Shown piece by piece: positions 23,605-24,000 of a stretch of DNA of 24,000 nucleotides; the stretch's first letter is position 1; the number at the start of each line of letters is the position of its first letter. The stretch is from Candidatus Electrothrix aestuarii (GTDB lineage Bacteria; Desulfobacterota; Desulfobulbia; Desulfobulbales; Desulfobulbaceae). The stretch covers positions 2,886,193 through 2,910,192 of the forward strand of contig CP159373.1 of the NCBI GenBank assembly GCA_032595685.2. Direction: 5' to 3'. A model generated the notes under the pieces. It was not told where the DNA came from. It worked only from the letters and a program-made list of their open reading frames with translations, and searched no databases. The position numbers and the translations under genes were made by a program.

Positions 23605-23699
23605 ATGATATTTTTTTAAATAAAAATAGTTAGTTTCTTTTGTTGGCAACCTCTTGTATGTGTGTTTTTTTTGCGGGGATGCTTGTTGGTAAGACACTG

Positions 23700-24000
23700 C
23701 TAAGTCGAGTTGTTTTGAATAGTTTGGATGGTTCCGTGTCGAAAAGCGTCCTGCTTGTCGAAAAGAGGTTGATGATCCTGTTGGTTGGAACTATGCCACC
23801 CAGGAGCAAGATGGATACCCCAGTCTAAAAAATGCTGACCAAAGCCGTTTGATTTTTTACCGCAGGCACTGCGGGTACGACGCATTACGATCCGTTCCAG
23901 CTCTCCTGTGAGGGCTAGATTGCCTTCCGACAGCTCAGGGCGCAGATGATGTTGCTTAGAATAGCCCTTCGGTAAGGTTAGTGCTTTGTTGTCACCAAGA
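23700..24000 (-). CDS. hypothetical protein, C-terminal 100 aa (5' end outside the window)
   Basis: The reverse frame is open from the window edge: LGDNKALTLPKGYSKQHHLRPEL...GFGQHFLDWGIHLAPGWH...IQNNST*. The track lists only the part from an internal Met at 23885. No motif recognised. Confidence 0.4.
   Translation of the reverse strand, partial: LGDNKALTLPKGYSKQHHLRPELSEGNLALTGELERIVMRRTRSACGKKSNGFGQHFLDWGIHLAPGWHSSNQQDHQPLFDKQDAFRHGTIQTIQNNST

Noticed and set aside
1-24000. Search for CRISPR arrays, IS or transposase genes, integrases, tRNA/rRNA genes, reverse transcriptases, and toxin-antitoxin or known defence genes
   Set aside because: I saw no spaced direct-repeat array, no T-psi-C-like GTTCGAATC motif in intergenic regions, no DDE/tyrosine-recombinase/RT motifs, and no long terminal inverted repeats. 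The only repeats are the in-frame OMP repeat and the short tandems listed above.

Overview
This window is gene-dense and looks chromosomal. It has four strand blocks: 1-13194 (+), 13566-18794 (-), 19522-22579 (+) and 22644-24000 (-).

Confidently recognised genes are two complete-looking HD-GYP phosphodiesterases, an HPr/Enzyme I pair with no EII gene in the window, ThiL, an ADP-ribosylglycohydrolase and a classic-clade AAA+ ATPase that overlaps a membrane-anchored TPR protein by ATGA. The list continues with a split PntAA/PntAB/PntB transhydrogenase operon, a minimal SET-domain protein, a group-I truncated haemoglobin, a 4HBT thioesterase, and a trimeric-type purine nucleoside phosphorylase next to an MtaD-like deaminase. 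There are also two signal-peptide outer-membrane-type proteins (one with an internal tandem repeat) and a divergent alpha-like carbonic anhydrase lipoprotein.

I found no rRNA, tRNA, CRISPR array, transposase, integrase, reverse transcriptase or recognisable defence or toxin gene, so I cannot name a novel system with confidence.

The stretches most worth a second look are:
- the four-gene run 5746-10923 (orphan 644-aa protein, HD-GYP, minimal AAA+, TPR/TM protein);
- the repeat-bearing OMP-like protein at 12025-13194;
- the lower-GC block 17310-19521 (SET, atypical truncated globin, membrane protein, 727 bp with no convincing gene);
- the carbonic-anhydrase-like protein with a large Gly/His/Cys-rich insertion;
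- a C10 homopolymer upstream of a small Cys-flanked membrane protein.

All functional calls rest on motif recognition by eye. No database search was possible.
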